DNA of 64,000 nucleotides, taken from the NCBI GenBank assembly GCA_965208725.1, contig CBDBPI010000002.1, positions 936,427 through 1,000,426 of the forward strand, in the 5' to 3' direction. Below are positions 35,070 through 44,409 of this stretch, one piece after another. The notes beneath the pieces are model-generated. The model made no database searches. It saw only the letters and a program-made list of their open reading frames with translations, and was not told the origin of the DNA. Source of the stretch: Dehalococcoidia bacterium. Lineage in GTDB: Bacteria; Chloroflexota; Dehalococcoidia; Lucifugimonadales; GCA-2712585. The stretch's first letter is position 1. Each line of letters begins with the position of its first letter. The translations under genes were made by a program, and so were the position numbers.

Positions 35070-36218
35070 TCAACCGAGTAGGTAATCTGCCCACTGCTGC
35101 ATCAGGGTGCGGCGCCGCTCAAACAGGTCGGTCCTGGCATAGGCTTGTTCGGTTGAGTTTCCCAACGTGTGGGCCAGGGCTGCTTCCGATACCGCCCACG
35201 GCGTATCCGTCTGCTCCAGTGTCCAGTTCTTGAAGCTGCTGCGAAACCCGTGGACCGTCGCGCGGTCCGCAAGGCCAACGGAGCGAAGGACCTTCATTAG
35301 AGTCATATCGGACAAGGGAGCCTTCTTCTTATTCAGTGATGGGAAGACCAGTCCCGATTCGTCGAGTAATGCGTATGCTTCAGCCAGAGCATAAGATGCT
35401 TGTGTGGAGAGAGGCACTCGATGCTCCACTCCTGATTTCATCCGTTCTCCAGGGATGCGCCAAACCAGATTCTTGAGATCAATCTCGTCCCAAGTGGCGC
35501 CTCTGGCTTCACCGGAGCGTGCGGCAGTCAGTACCAGGAATCTGAAGCAAAATTTGGAAGGCAAAGAGGCCTCGGACGCGTCAACGATTTGAAGTGCCTT
35601 ACCCACCTCCTGGTAGGGCAGGGACCTTAGATGTGCCTTCACCTTCGGCATGCGGGGCAACGCGCCGTCGATGGCTTCACCCGCTGGATTTGACTCTAGG
35701 AAGCCATGCGCCATTGCCCATCGGAACACGGTCCTCATCCTTTGACGCACGCGTCGGGCGGTCTCCGGCTTGGTAGTCCAAATAGGAGTGAGGACTTGAA
35801 GAACACCCCTGCGGTCAATGCGATTTATGGGAGTGGTGCCCAGCTTTGGCATGGCGTGGCGCTCGAGAGTCTTGATCCAACTGGAAATGTGATGGGCGTT
35901 TCGCCAACGAGGCTTATTCGCCTCGTGGACCACAATGGCGGCTTCTTTGAAAGTCGGAATTTTGGCCTTTCGCTTCTCGGCGACGGGATCTCGGCCCTCC
36001 GCAATGATTGCCCGGTTTTCTGACGCTTTTTTGCGAGCTTGGGCAAGACTAACGGATGGGAAACTTCCTAGCCCAATATCACGCCGTCGATCGGCAACAG
36101 TAATACGTTGGACCCAGGATTTCCGACCCGTTTTTGTAATGAAGAGGTGCAGACCCCCTCCATCGGAATACCGTCCAGGCTCTTTTAATGCCCTGACTCT
36201 GGTCGCCGATAATGCCAA
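35070..36218 (-). CDS. int: Tyrosine integrase, P4-like with DUF4102 arm-binding N-terminus
   Basis: LSATRVRALKEPGRYSDGGGLHLFITKTGRKSWVQR N-terminus. Catalytic R...HGFRSSF...Y (AYARTD) residues. Confidence 0.9.
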   Translation of the reverse strand: MALSATRVRALKEPGRYSDGGGLHLFITKTGRKSWVQRITVADRRRDIGLGSFPSVSLAQARKKASENRAIIAEGRDPVAEKRKAKIPTFKEAAIVVHEANKPRWRNAHHISSWIKTLERHAMPKLGTTPINRIDRRGVLQVLTPIWTTKPETARRVRQRMRTVFRWAMAHGFLESNPAGEAIDGALPRMPKVKAHLRSLPYQEVGKALQIVDASEASLPSKFCFRFLVLTAARSGEARGATWDEIDLKNLVWRIPGERMKSGVEHRVPLSTQASYALAEAYALLDESGLVFPSLNKKKAPLSDMTLMKVLRSVGLADRATVHGFRSSFKNWTLEQTDTPWAVSEAALAHTLGNSTEQAYARTDLFERRRTLMQQWADYLLG

Positions 36219-36380
36219 TTGAGACCTCCAAGAAGCCGTTTCGTTACCACATCTGTTACCACAATTGAGTTGGGATACCAGGGGAACGCTTTAGCATAAT
36301 TAGAACGCATTTTAACGCAATTTAGCTATAAAAGCAAGACTTTTTGGAACAAAAAGGGAAGGCAAAAGAAGGGTAAAAAA

Positions 36381-36396
36381 TGGAGCTGGGGGGACT
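36381..36396. repeat. attR-type direct repeat (inside the tRNA-Ala 3' end)
   Basis: Identical to 4570-4585. Confidence 0.75.
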
Positions 36397-36453
36397 CGAA
36401 CCCCCTACCTCTTCAATGCCATTGAAGCGCTCTCCCAGATGAGCTACAGCCCC
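36381..36453 (-). tRNA. tRNA-Ala (anticodon GGC)
   Basis: Hand-folded cloverleaf of 73 nt. GGGGCUG acceptor with the G3:U70 pair, anticodon loop AUGGCAU, T-loop GGGGGUUCGAGUCCCCC. CCA not encoded. Confidence 0.9.
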
Positions 36454-36552
36454 ACGAGGTTGTATATGATAGCACAGGATTGGGGATTCATCCCAGCGTG
36501 GGGCGTGAAGGGATGCTTGGAGAGGGGTAGTGCATGAGGATTGGAGGGAGGG

Positions 36553-37818
36553 TTAGGGGGGTGTGATGGTGGTGAAGCCGGCGTAGGGGCGGAGGGCTTC
36601 GGGGATGAGGACGGAGCCGTCGGCCTGCTGACCGTTTTCGAGGATTGCAATGACGATTCGCGGCAAGGCCAGTCCGGAGCCGTTCAGGGTGTGGGCCAGG
36701 GTGGGAGGCGCGCCGGTTTCGGTACGGAAGCGGACGTTGGCGCGCCGGGCCTGAAAGTCGGTGCAGTTGGAGCAGGAGCTTACCTCCAGCCATTCCTGGG
36801 AGCCAGGGGCCCAGACTTCGAGGTCGTAGGACTTGGAAGAAGCGAAGCCAAGTTCCGGGGCGCAGAGCTGCAGGACGCGGTAGGGTAGTTCCAGGGCCTG
36901 ACAGACCATTTCGGCGTCGGCGACAAGGCCTTGGAGTTCGTCCTCGGAGGTCTCGGGTTCGACGAACTTGTACATCTCGACCTTCTGGAACTGGTGGACT
37001 CGCTTGATGCCTCGGGTGTCGCGTCCGGCGGCGGCCTTCTCCCGGCGGAAGCAGGGGGTGGAGGCGGTGTAGCGGAGGGGCAGCGTTCCCGGAGGGAGCA
37101 CTTCGTCGCGGTGGAGGTTGGTGAGGGGAACTTCTGCGGTGGGAATCAGCCAGAGGTCGTCTTCGTCGTCGTGGTATAGATTGTCGCCGAACTTGGGGAG
37201 GTTGCCGGATGCCTCCATGACATCGCGTCGAACGACGGCGGGGAGCTGGGCCTCCGTATAGCCGTTTTTCGTGGTGTGGAGGTCGAGCATGAAGTTGACC
37301 AGGGCGCGTTCCAGCCGGGCGCCCTGTCCCATGAGGACGAAGAAGCGGGAGCCGGCGAGCTTTGCGCCTCGGGGAAGGTCGATGACGCCGAGGAGCTCGC
37401 CCAGGTCCCAGTGGGGCTTGGGGAGGAAGTCGAAGGCGGGGATGTCACCCCAGGTGCGAATGACGACGTTGTCGTCTTCGCCTTCGCCGTCGGGCACGTC
37501 GGACTGAGGGATGTTGGGGAGGCCGAGGAGGAGTTGGTGGAGTTTGGCCTGAATCTCTTCGTGCTCCTTGTCGAGGGCCGAAAGCTGCCGGCCAACCTGC
37601 CGCATTTCGGCAATCAGAGGGGCGCGGTCTCCGGACATCCGGCCGATGGCGCGGCTGGTCCTATTACGACGGGCGCGGAGCATGTCGGCTTTAGCCTGCA
37701 GGGTGCGACGTTGTATATCAAGGACCTGAATTTCATCAATGGGCTGCTCCTCGCCACGGCGGGCCAAGGCTTTGGCGACGAAGTTTGGGTCTTTGCGGAT
37801 GAGTTCAAGGGAGAGCAT
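36553..37818 (-). CDS. serS: Seryl-tRNA synthetase
   Basis: N-terminal coiled-coil arm (MLSLELIRKDPNFVAKAL...) and class II motifs (TAEVPL, FRRE, GSGLALPR). Confidence 0.95.
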   Translation of the reverse strand: MLSLELIRKDPNFVAKALARRGEEQPIDEIQVLDIQRRTLQAKADMLRARRNRTSRAIGRMSGDRAPLIAEMRQVGRQLSALDKEHEEIQAKLHQLLLGLPNIPQSDVPDGEGEDDNVVIRTWGDIPAFDFLPKPHWDLGELLGVIDLPRGAKLAGSRFFVLMGQGARLERALVNFMLDLHTTKNGYTEAQLPAVVRRDVMEASGNLPKFGDNLYHDDEDDLWLIPTAEVPLTNLHRDEVLPPGTLPLRYTASTPCFRREKAAAGRDTRGIKRVHQFQKVEMYKFVEPETSEDELQGLVADAEMVCQALELPYRVLQLCAPELGFASSKSYDLEVWAPGSQEWLEVSSCSNCTDFQARRANVRFRTETGAPPTLAHTLNGSGLALPRIVIAILENGQQADGSVLIPEALRPYAGFTTITPP

Positions 37819-37821
37819 GGG

Positions 37822-39315
37822 CTAATCCCTGGTGCGCATCTGGGGAAAGAGGAGGATGTCGCGGATGGTGGTCTGGCCCGTGAGAAGCATTACGAGGCGG
37901 TCGATGCCGATGCCGAGACCGCCGGTGGGGGGCATGCCGTATTCCAGGGCGAGGAGGAAATCTTCGTCAGTGCGGTCGGTCTCCTCGTCGGCGAAGAGGC
38001 GGCGGGCTTCTTCCTGCTCCTCAAAGCGGCGTCGCTGCTCGATAGGGTCGTTCAACTCGGTGTAGGCGTTGGCTAATTCCATGCCCACGACGAAGCATTC
38101 GAAGCGCTCCACAAGGTGGGGGCTGCCGGGCTTCTTCTTGGCTAGAGGGGACATGGCCATGGGGTAGTCGATGATGAAGGTGGGCTGGATGAGGTGGGGT
38201 TCGACGGCCTGGGAGAGGAGCTTGTCGTAGACCTGATGGACGGGGCCGGGGGCGAGGTCTAAGCCCTTACCGCGGGCTTCGTCGATGAGGTCCCGGGTTG
38301 TGGCTTCGCCCTGGAGGTACGGGATGAGATCTATGCCGCCGTACTCTTGAATAGCCTCGCAGAAGGGGAGGCGGCGCCACGGGGGCTTGAGGTTGATGGA
38401 GTGGTCCTCGTATTGAATGGTTGCAGAATCGAAGACGGTCTGGGCTGCGTGGTGCACCATCTCCTCAACCATTGACATAACGTTGGTGTAATCGGCGTAG
38501 GCCTCGTAGCTCTCCATCATGGTGAACTCGGGATTGTGGTCCTGGTCGACTCCCTCGTTGCGGAAGATGCGGCCGATTTCGTAGACCTTGTCGAAGCCGC
38601 CGACGATGAGCCGCTTGAGATAGAGCTCGGTGGCGATGCGCATATAGAGCTGCTGGTCCAGGGCGTTGTGGTGGGTGGTGAAGGGGCGAGCGAGGGCGCC
38701 GGCGGCGACGGGGACGAGGACGGGGGTGTCGACTTCGATGAAGCCGCGGGCGTTCATGAAGGAGCGGACGGCTTCGATGATGCGGCTGCGGTGGACGAAG
38801 GTGGGCATAACGTCGTCGTTATTGGCGATGAGGTCGAGATAGCGCTGTCGGTAGCGCTGCTCAGTGTCGCGGAGGCCGTGCCACTTTTCGGGCAGGGGGC
38901 GCATGGACTTGGAGAGGAGGTTGAAGGTGCGGGCTTCGACGGTTACCTCGCCGGTGCGGGTGCGGATCATGGGGCCGGAGGCTTCGATGAAGTCGCCGAC
39001 GTCGAGGTCGCGGAGGATGGGGTAGGCTTCGCCGACGAGGTCGGCGCGGAACTGGACCTGGAGCTTGCCGGTGGAGTCACGCAGGTCTATGAAGGTGTTG
39101 CGGCCCATGCCGCGGCGGGCGATGATGCGTCCGGCGACGGTTACGGCGGGGGTTTCGTCATGGTCCGACTGTTCCTGCTCGACGAAAAGCTCTCTGGCCT
39201 GGGCGTTGGCGTGGGTGCGGGAGACGCGCGGGGGGTAGGGGTCTATTCCCTTGTCCAGGAGGCGCTGGAGCTTCTGCTGGCGGCTGGTCTGGTGGTCGGC
39301 AACCCGTTTCGGCAT
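37822..39315 (-). CDS. lysS: Lysyl-tRNA synthetase, class II
   Basis: OB-fold N-terminus (VTVAGRIIARRGMGRNTFIDLRD). Class II core (FRNEGVD..HNPEFT, GGLGIGIDRLVM). Confidence 0.95.
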   Translation of the reverse strand: MPKRVADHQTSRQQKLQRLLDKGIDPYPPRVSRTHANAQARELFVEQEQSDHDETPAVTVAGRIIARRGMGRNTFIDLRDSTGKLQVQFRADLVGEAYPILRDLDVGDFIEASGPMIRTRTGEVTVEARTFNLLSKSMRPLPEKWHGLRDTEQRYRQRYLDLIANNDDVMPTFVHRSRIIEAVRSFMNARGFIEVDTPVLVPVAAGALARPFTTHHNALDQQLYMRIATELYLKRLIVGGFDKVYEIGRIFRNEGVDQDHNPEFTMMESYEAYADYTNVMSMVEEMVHHAAQTVFDSATIQYEDHSINLKPPWRRLPFCEAIQEYGGIDLIPYLQGEATTRDLIDEARGKGLDLAPGPVHQVYDKLLSQAVEPHLIQPTFIIDYPMAMSPLAKKKPGSPHLVERFECFVVGMELANAYTELNDPIEQRRRFEEQEEARRLFADEETDRTDEDFLLALEYGMPPTGGLGIGIDRLVMLLTGQTTIRDILLFPQMRTRD

Positions 39316-39337
39316 AGGAAGAAGAGGCGCGGCCGGT

Positions 39338-39808
39338 CTACTGGATATCCAGGACTTCCAGGTTGATGGTCCCGGCGGGCACCTTTACCTGAGCCGTCTG
39401 GCCGACTTTCGTTCCCAAGAGGGCCTTGCCGATGGGGGAGAGGTTGGAGATTTTGCCCTGGGAGGGGTCGGCCTCGGGGCTGCCGACGATGAAATACTTT
39501 TCCTTCTTGCCCCTGCGCTGGTTCATGACGGTGACCTTGGAGCCGACGTTTACTTCGTCGGAATCCTCGGCCACGTCCTCGATGATGGTGGACTTGTTGA
39601 TGATGCGTTCAAGGTCGAGGATGCGGCCTTCGATGAAGGCCTGTTCCTTCTTGGCCTCGTCGTATTCGGCGTTGTCGACGGTGCCGCCAATGGAGTTGGC
39701 GCGCTGGATTCTGTCGGCGACTTCCTGACGGCGGGTGGTTCGGATATAGTCGAGCTCTTTCTGGAGTTTAACTAGACCTTCTTTGGTGAGGTAAGTGGGT
39801 TGAGTCAA
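39338..39808 (-). CDS. greA: Transcription elongation factor GreA
   Basis: YLTKEGLVKLQKELDYI...DNAEYDEAKKEQAFIEGRI...SPIGKALLG. Likely TTG start at 39808 after GGAGG; the track ORF runs further upstream. Confidence 0.9.
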   Translation of the reverse strand: MTQPTYLTKEGLVKLQKELDYIRTTRRQEVADRIQRANSIGGTVDNAEYDEAKKEQAFIEGRILDLERIINKSTIIEDVAEDSDEVNVGSKVTVMNQRRGKKEKYFIVGSPEADPSQGKISNLSPIGKALLGTKVGQTAQVKVPAGTINLEVLDIQ

Positions 39809-39992
39809 GGTGAACCTCCAGAAAAAGAGAAAAGACCAGGCGCACTTCGGCCCTTGCCCAGTCAGACACATTGTACCGCTTTGGGGGTTGGGTTGTAAAG
39901 GGCGGTGGGGGGGTGGTTAAGGGTGGGAGGGTAGCGGGATTGGGGGAAAAGGCGTAGAATGCTAGCCAAAATATCCCAGTGGAGGAGCTAAG

Positions 39993-41114
39993 GTGGCAAC
40001 GAGCAAGGTTATTTCGTCGGATTCTCACGTGGTTGAGCCGCCCAACGTCTGGATGGAGCGGATGGACCAGGACAGGTTTGGCAGCAGGATTCCACACATG
40101 GTCAGCGTGGAGGGCATCGACGCCTGGATTGTCGACAACAAGGAGACGGGAGGGGTTGGGGCGATTGCCCAGGCGGGTCTGCGCTTCGACCGTCCCGAGG
40201 ACATTGTTCTGAAGGGGGCCTTCGACGACGTGCGGCCCGGCGGGTATATTCCCAAAGAGCACGTGAAGGACATGGAAATCGACGGGGTGTACGGCGGTCT
40301 GGTATATCCATCGATTGGACTGGCGCTCTTTCGGGACGTGGCGGACCCGGACCTGGCGCGGGGGATCTTCGGCGCTTATAACGACTGGCTGGCCGAGTTC
40401 TGCAACGCTTATCCGGAGAGGTTAAAGGGCGCGGCGATGATTCTGGTGGACGAGGACGTGGAGCTTGCCATCGAGGAGACGCAGCGGGTGGCGGAGCAGG
40501 GCATCAGGACGGTCATGATTCCCAGCTACCCGCGGGCCGACCGGACCTACGACAATCCCATTTATGAGCCTTTCTGGGCCATGTGCGAGGAGAACGACGT
40601 TACGGTGAATCTGCACGTGACGACGAACCGTCCCAAGGCGGACCCGATAGACAGGGGCGTCACCACGACGAGCACAGCATCCTACGTGCAGCACGACTAC
40701 TGGGTGCGGATGTCGCTGTGCCACATCATATTCTCCGGCGTGCTGGAGAGGTATCCGCGGCTGAGGGTGGCGGAGGTGGAGCACGAGCTGGGTTGGCTTC
40801 CATACTTCATAGGACGCATCGACATTGCGTACGAGGAGAAGCAGGAGTCACTGGCGATGCGGTTCAAGGACGGGATGATGCCGAGTGATTTCATGCGGAA
40901 CAACGTGTACCATAGCTTCCAGGAGGACGCGCTGGGGATACAGATGCGGCACGTGATTGGCGTGGAGAACCTGATGTGGGGCTCGGACTACCCGCACTCG
41001 GAGTCGACGTTCCCGAAGTCGATTGAGATTCTGGACAAGATTCTCGAAGGAGTGCCGGAGGAGGAGAAGGCGATGATTGTGGGGGATAACGCGGCGCGGG
41101 TTTACGGGTTTTAG
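39993..41114 (+). CDS. Amidohydrolase-2 family metal-dependent hydrolase
   Basis: VISSDSHVVEP start and WGSDYPHSEST end are typical of ACMSD-like Amidohydro_2 proteins. Confidence 0.75.
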   Translation: MATSKVISSDSHVVEPPNVWMERMDQDRFGSRIPHMVSVEGIDAWIVDNKETGGVGAIAQAGLRFDRPEDIVLKGAFDDVRPGGYIPKEHVKDMEIDGVYGGLVYPSIGLALFRDVADPDLARGIFGAYNDWLAEFCNAYPERLKGAAMILVDEDVELAIEETQRVAEQGIRTVMIPSYPRADRTYDNPIYEPFWAMCEENDVTVNLHVTTNRPKADPIDRGVTTTSTASYVQHDYWVRMSLCHIIFSGVLERYPRLRVAEVEHELGWLPYFIGRIDIAYEEKQESLAMRFKDGMMPSDFMRNNVYHSFQEDALGIQMRHVIGVENLMWGSDYPHSESTFPKSIEILDKILEGVPEEEKAMIVGDNAARVYGF

Positions 41115-41206
41115 TTTCTTTTGCCCTTCGGAAGTCGCTGGACCTAGAGTTTAAGAAACCGGCCAAGGCTGCGTTAAGCCTTGGCCGGTTTATTTTGGTG
41201 GGGGGC

Positions 41207-41246
41207 GTCACCCCCATCCTAACCTTCCCCCGTCAAAGGGGGAAGG
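41207..41246. repeat. Hairpin repeat module (GTCACCCCCATC...CTTCCCCCGTCAAGGGGGAAG type)
   Basis: The same module recurs at 42360-42422 and 47239-47280. Confidence 0.7.
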
Positions 41247-41273
41247 GATTTTGGGCGGGGTATTGGTTGTGGT

Positions 41274-42299
41274 TCAATTGGTCCACTCCAGCCAACTTCC
41301 GTGGGCATCGACACTTGCCAGCTTGCGGGTCGATCTGATTCCTCCGCGGATTGAGGCCAGTTCGAGGGTGGCATAGTCCTGCCTGGTAAGCATTTCGGCG
41401 GAGAGTAGATAGATGTCTCTTTCCATCGAGAGCTTATCCAGGAGGGAGTTGAATTTGGCCCTTTCGTCCTGGGAGAACTGGTTGATGGTGTGGGCGTGGA
41501 AGATGCAGAGGGTGGAATCGGGAGGGACGCTGTTCAGGACCGTGGGCAGCGTTTTCAGGGCATCCCCGGTGATTATCGGCGGAGGGTTGGTTATTGCCAG
41601 AGCTATTGCTGCTTTTAGTTGGGCAGCTCGATGTTGGTGCTCCGGCCATACCAAGGCTCGCAACCAGAGGGCCGAATCCGGATCAGTTACGTCTACCGGG
41701 TTGAGGTCGAGGCCAATCTGAAACGCTATAGGTGGAAAGTAGTGTGGGATTGGGGGAAGGTTGCTGCCGCGAACCTCTGCCTTTATTCGGACAGGAGAGG
41801 ACTGGTCGCCCACGACTTTGGCGTCGTACTCATAACGGTAGCGATTCCAGAGGAGATGCAGTCCAGCGCTGGCGCCAATGTCGACGATGGATAGGGGAGA
41901 GCACGGGTGCTGTTCGGATATGAAGGTAAAGGCTGTCAGCAGGTAAGAGCATCTGGCGACTTCGTTGGTCTGCACCAGCCGGCTGGACAAGAGGACTCGG
42001 ATGTCGTGGTCGTATTCCAGGCAGAACTCGCGGAAATAGGGATAGGCCTCGGTAGCAGGGTGCGGGTCGGGGGACAAGGAGGGATAGAAGGATGAGAGTT
42101 TGTCTTTTGCCCCTTTGAGGAGCAGATAATGAACGGCCCCAAAGAGCAGGTTGGGGACGGGCCGGTGGGTGGCGGATGAAGCGATGGTCAGCAGGTCAGG
42201 GTCGTTGGCTATGGCGTCGGCGAGAGATGCGTAGAGGGGTGAGCCGCCGATAGAGGCTTCGTTAGAGAACCGTTTGAAGACTTGAGCGAGGGCTTCCAA
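41274..42299 (-). CDS. DUF2332-family protein
   Basis: FKRFSNEASIGGSPLYASLADAIANDPDLL N-terminus is characteristic of DUF2332. Confidence 0.6.
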   Translation of the reverse strand: MEALAQVFKRFSNEASIGGSPLYASLADAIANDPDLLTIASSATHRPVPNLLFGAVHYLLLKGAKDKLSSFYPSLSPDPHPATEAYPYFREFCLEYDHDIRVLLSSRLVQTNEVARCSYLLTAFTFISEQHPCSPLSIVDIGASAGLHLLWNRYRYEYDAKVVGDQSSPVRIKAEVRGSNLPPIPHYFPPIAFQIGLDLNPVDVTDPDSALWLRALVWPEHQHRAAQLKAAIALAITNPPPIITGDALKTLPTVLNSVPPDSTLCIFHAHTINQFSQDERAKFNSLLDKLSMERDIYLLSAEMLTRQDYATLELASIRGGIRSTRKLASVDAHGSWLEWTN

Positions 42300-42359
42300 T
42301 TCATTATGGTCTCTCGATGCGACGATGATTGAGCCTCCATAGTCCGCGGCGAGGGGAGA

Positions 42360-42510
42360 GTCACCCCCATCCCCGTATCGAGTACGGGGCAGGCTTCAAT
42401 CTTCCCCCGTCAAGGGGGAAGAGGTAAGACTGGATTCCGGCTTTCGCCGGAATGACGGAGTTGGGGGGGATCCTCACCCCAGCCCTCTCCCAGGACGGGA
42501 GAGGGGGTAA
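42360..42510. repeat. Composite of at least four hairpin modules
   Basis: CCCCGTATCGAGTACGGGG, CTTCCCCCGTCAAGGGGGAAG, ATTCCGGCTTTCGCCGGAAT and CTCTCCCAGGACGGGAGAG in series. Confidence 0.7.
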
Positions 42511-42555
42511 AAGGGACGGGCGCCCACGAGGGACGCCCGTACGCATCAGAGTTCG

Positions 42556-43386
42556 CTAGGAGTGTTCGGCGACCATTTCCATGGCGGCGGACTCGATGGC
42601 GGGGAGGGTGGCGTCGATGAGGTCGAGGTCGAGTTCCTGGACGATGCCGGGGTAGCCCGCCTTGTTGAGCATGTCGGGGAGCTTGCGCGCCTTGAACTGG
42701 TCGAGGGTCCATCGGAGGGTGTCGGGGACTATGGTCTGGTCCCAGTAGAGGCGGATATTCTTGTTGCGGGGGCCGTAGTGGTAGTGGGGCCCGCGATCGA
42801 AGCAGTCGAAGGCGAGAAGTTCGACCTCCTGCCCGGCAACGTCGCCGAGGACGTGGATGGCGAGGCCCTGTCCGATGGAGAGTTCGCGGAACTCGAGGCC
42901 GAACTTGATGTTGCCCATCTCGAAGATGCGGTCACCACGGTTGTGGGTGACGGTGCTTCGCTGGGCGAGGGCCATCTCGCGGGCTGCGGCTTCGACATCG
43001 TCGAGCTTGCCCTGTACTTCGTCGGAGTCGGCCTGGGCGGCGAGGTCTTCGGCGCCGGCCTTGGTGAGCATGGTGCCGAAGTTGTTACGGAGCTGGCTCA
43101 TGGCCCAGCCGATGGGGTTGCCGGAGGTGGTGGTGTCGAGGTTATGGCGCTCGTTGATGGTGGTGGGGCCGTAGTGGTAGTGGGGGGTCTGGTCGAAGCA
43201 GTCGAAGCGGAGAAGCTCGGTCTCCTTGCCCTCGACGGGGCCCATGACCATGAGGCAGACGCCCTGGTCGTGGAGCAGGTCGCGGTGCCTCATGTAGAAC
43301 CGGATGTCACCTGCTTCGATGGATACGGGACCGCCCATTGCGGGGCCGTCCATAGCGGTCATCTGCTGTGCGTTGGTTTCTGCCAT
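42556..43386 (-). CDS. Hypothetical protein made of two homologous halves
   Basis: ELLRFDCFDQTPHYHYGP (N-half) versus ELLAFDCFDRGPHYHYGP (C-half). Confidence 0.5.
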   Translation of the reverse strand: MAETNAQQMTAMDGPAMGGPVSIEAGDIRFYMRHRDLLHDQGVCLMVMGPVEGKETELLRFDCFDQTPHYHYGPTTINERHNLDTTTSGNPIGWAMSQLRNNFGTMLTKAGAEDLAAQADSDEVQGKLDDVEAAAREMALAQRSTVTHNRGDRIFEMGNIKFGLEFRELSIGQGLAIHVLGDVAGQEVELLAFDCFDRGPHYHYGPRNKNIRLYWDQTIVPDTLRWTLDQFKARKLPDMLNKAGYPGIVQELDLDLIDATLPAIESAAMEMVAEHS

Positions 43387-43522
43387 ATTTATTCTCCTTA
43401 CTGCGTATTCTGCACCTGGGGCTGTCCGGTTGAGTCGGAAGAGCCGCCGGGCAGGGGCCAGTTGGATGAGGCCATTACGCCCATTATACCTGAGGATTGG
43501 GAGGCGTCAAACGGGGGAGGGG

Positions 43523-43605
43523 GTCACTGCGTGACGGCAAGTTTGGCAGAGTTGGGCTAGGGTTGTGGGGTTTGGTGTCCTTCGACAAGCTCAGGATGAG
43601 CGGAG
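43523..43605. repeat. Hairpin modules (GTCAC-TGC-GTGAC GGCAAGT... and GCTCA-GGA-TGAGC types)
   Basis: Related copies at 44418-44465, 44952-45003, 45281-45350, 46351-46378 and 51499-51535. Confidence 0.65.
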
Positions 43606-43626
43606 GGGGGTAATTGCAGGGCTGGA

Positions 43627-43962
43627 TTAGCGAACTACCCTGTCCAGAAGTCTCTCATCCCAACGCTTGCCGCAACGCTGGCAAGGTCCGAGGGGAATGA
43701 TTTCTTTATCCGTGATTTCGTCTTCTTTTGTGGTGCAACGACGGTGTACCACTTTGCCCGTCGAAAGTAAGACGGGCTGGTTCAGATATTGCTCCTTTTC
43801 AGAGTGTCTCTGATTCTGGTTGGCGCGCCAACGCTTCCAGCGCCATGCGATCAAATAGCGTCGGTTCCACAGCCCCAGGATTACAGCCAAGACAATACCC
43901 GTAATGACCCCGAAAATGACTAGTTCGATGTTGTCGCGCATTTTGTTAATTCGGTGTGACAA
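43627..43962 (-). CDS. Hypothetical single-pass membrane protein
   Basis: 111 aa with one N-terminal TM (LVIFGVITGIVLAVILGLW). C-terminus has CxxC-like cysteines. Confidence 0.35.
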   Translation of the reverse strand: MSHRINKMRDNIELVIFGVITGIVLAVILGLWNRRYLIAWRWKRWRANQNQRHSEKEQYLNQPVLLSTGKVVHRRCTTKEDEITDKEIIPLGPCQRCGKRWDERLLDRVVR

Positions 43963-44059
43963 GCAAAGTAGGGCAGGACACTGCTTCTGCGGCCAACGAG
44001 ATTCTTCGACTACGCTTCGCTGCGCTCAGAATGACATGTGGGTGGAAAGGGAAGGGGGG

Positions 44060-44136
44060 TGGCGCGCTTGGCGGGATTCGAACCCACGACCTCAGCCTCC
44101 GCAGGGCTGCGCTCTATCCTGCTGAGCTACAAGCGC
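44060..44136 (-). tRNA. tRNA-Arg (anticodon GCG), CCA encoded
   Basis: Hand fold of GCGCUUGUAGCUCAGCAGGAUAGAGCG..., with anticodon stem CAGCC/GGCUG, loop CUGCGGA and T-arm GUGGGUUCGAAUCCCGC. Confidence 0.8.
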
Positions 44137-44151
44137 TTGATTCTACCTATG

Positions 44152-44237
44152 TGGTGCCGAGGGTGGGATTTGAACCCACACGCCCGTAAGGACACTGCGC
44201 CCTGAACACAGCGCGTCTGCCGTTCCGCCACCTCGGC
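44152..44237 (-). tRNA. tRNA-Leu (anticodon CAG), long variable arm, CCA encoded
   Basis: GCCGAGGUGGCGGAACGGCAGACGCG..., anticodon loop UUCAGGG, long variable arm, T-arm GUGGGUUCAAAUCCCAC. Confidence 0.85.
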
Positions 44238-44255
44238 GCCGGTGCCGCGTCTGAG

Positions 44256-44331
44256 TGGTGGGCGGTGATGGATTTGAACCAACGACCTCCTCGGTGTGAA
44301 CGAGGCGCTCTAACCACTGAGCCAACCGCCC
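44256..44331 (-). tRNA. tRNA-Val (anticodon CAC), CCA encoded
   Basis: GGGCGGUUGGCUCAGUGGUUAGAGCG..., anticodon stem CCUCG/CGAGG with loop UUCACAC. One U-U mismatch in the T-stem. Confidence 0.8.
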
Positions 44332-44409
44332 TCGACAACTCTAACGCGGGCAAGGGGATATTATAGCAGTCCGTTGGGGAAACGGCCAACCGGGATTGTA
44401 TGTGCGGAT

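Larger units (their letters stand above)
4570..36396. mobile_element. Integrative genomic (defence) island at tRNA-Ala(GGC)
   Basis: 16-bp direct repeats at both ends. Integrase and excisionase lie at the tRNA end. GC is lower than the flanks. Dense in defence genes and IS debris. Confidence 0.75.

Noticed and set aside
4570-36396. Prophage interpretation of the island.
   Set aside because: I recognised no terminase, portal, capsid, tail, holin/lysin or phage replication genes. The content is defence genes, TA modules and IS debris.
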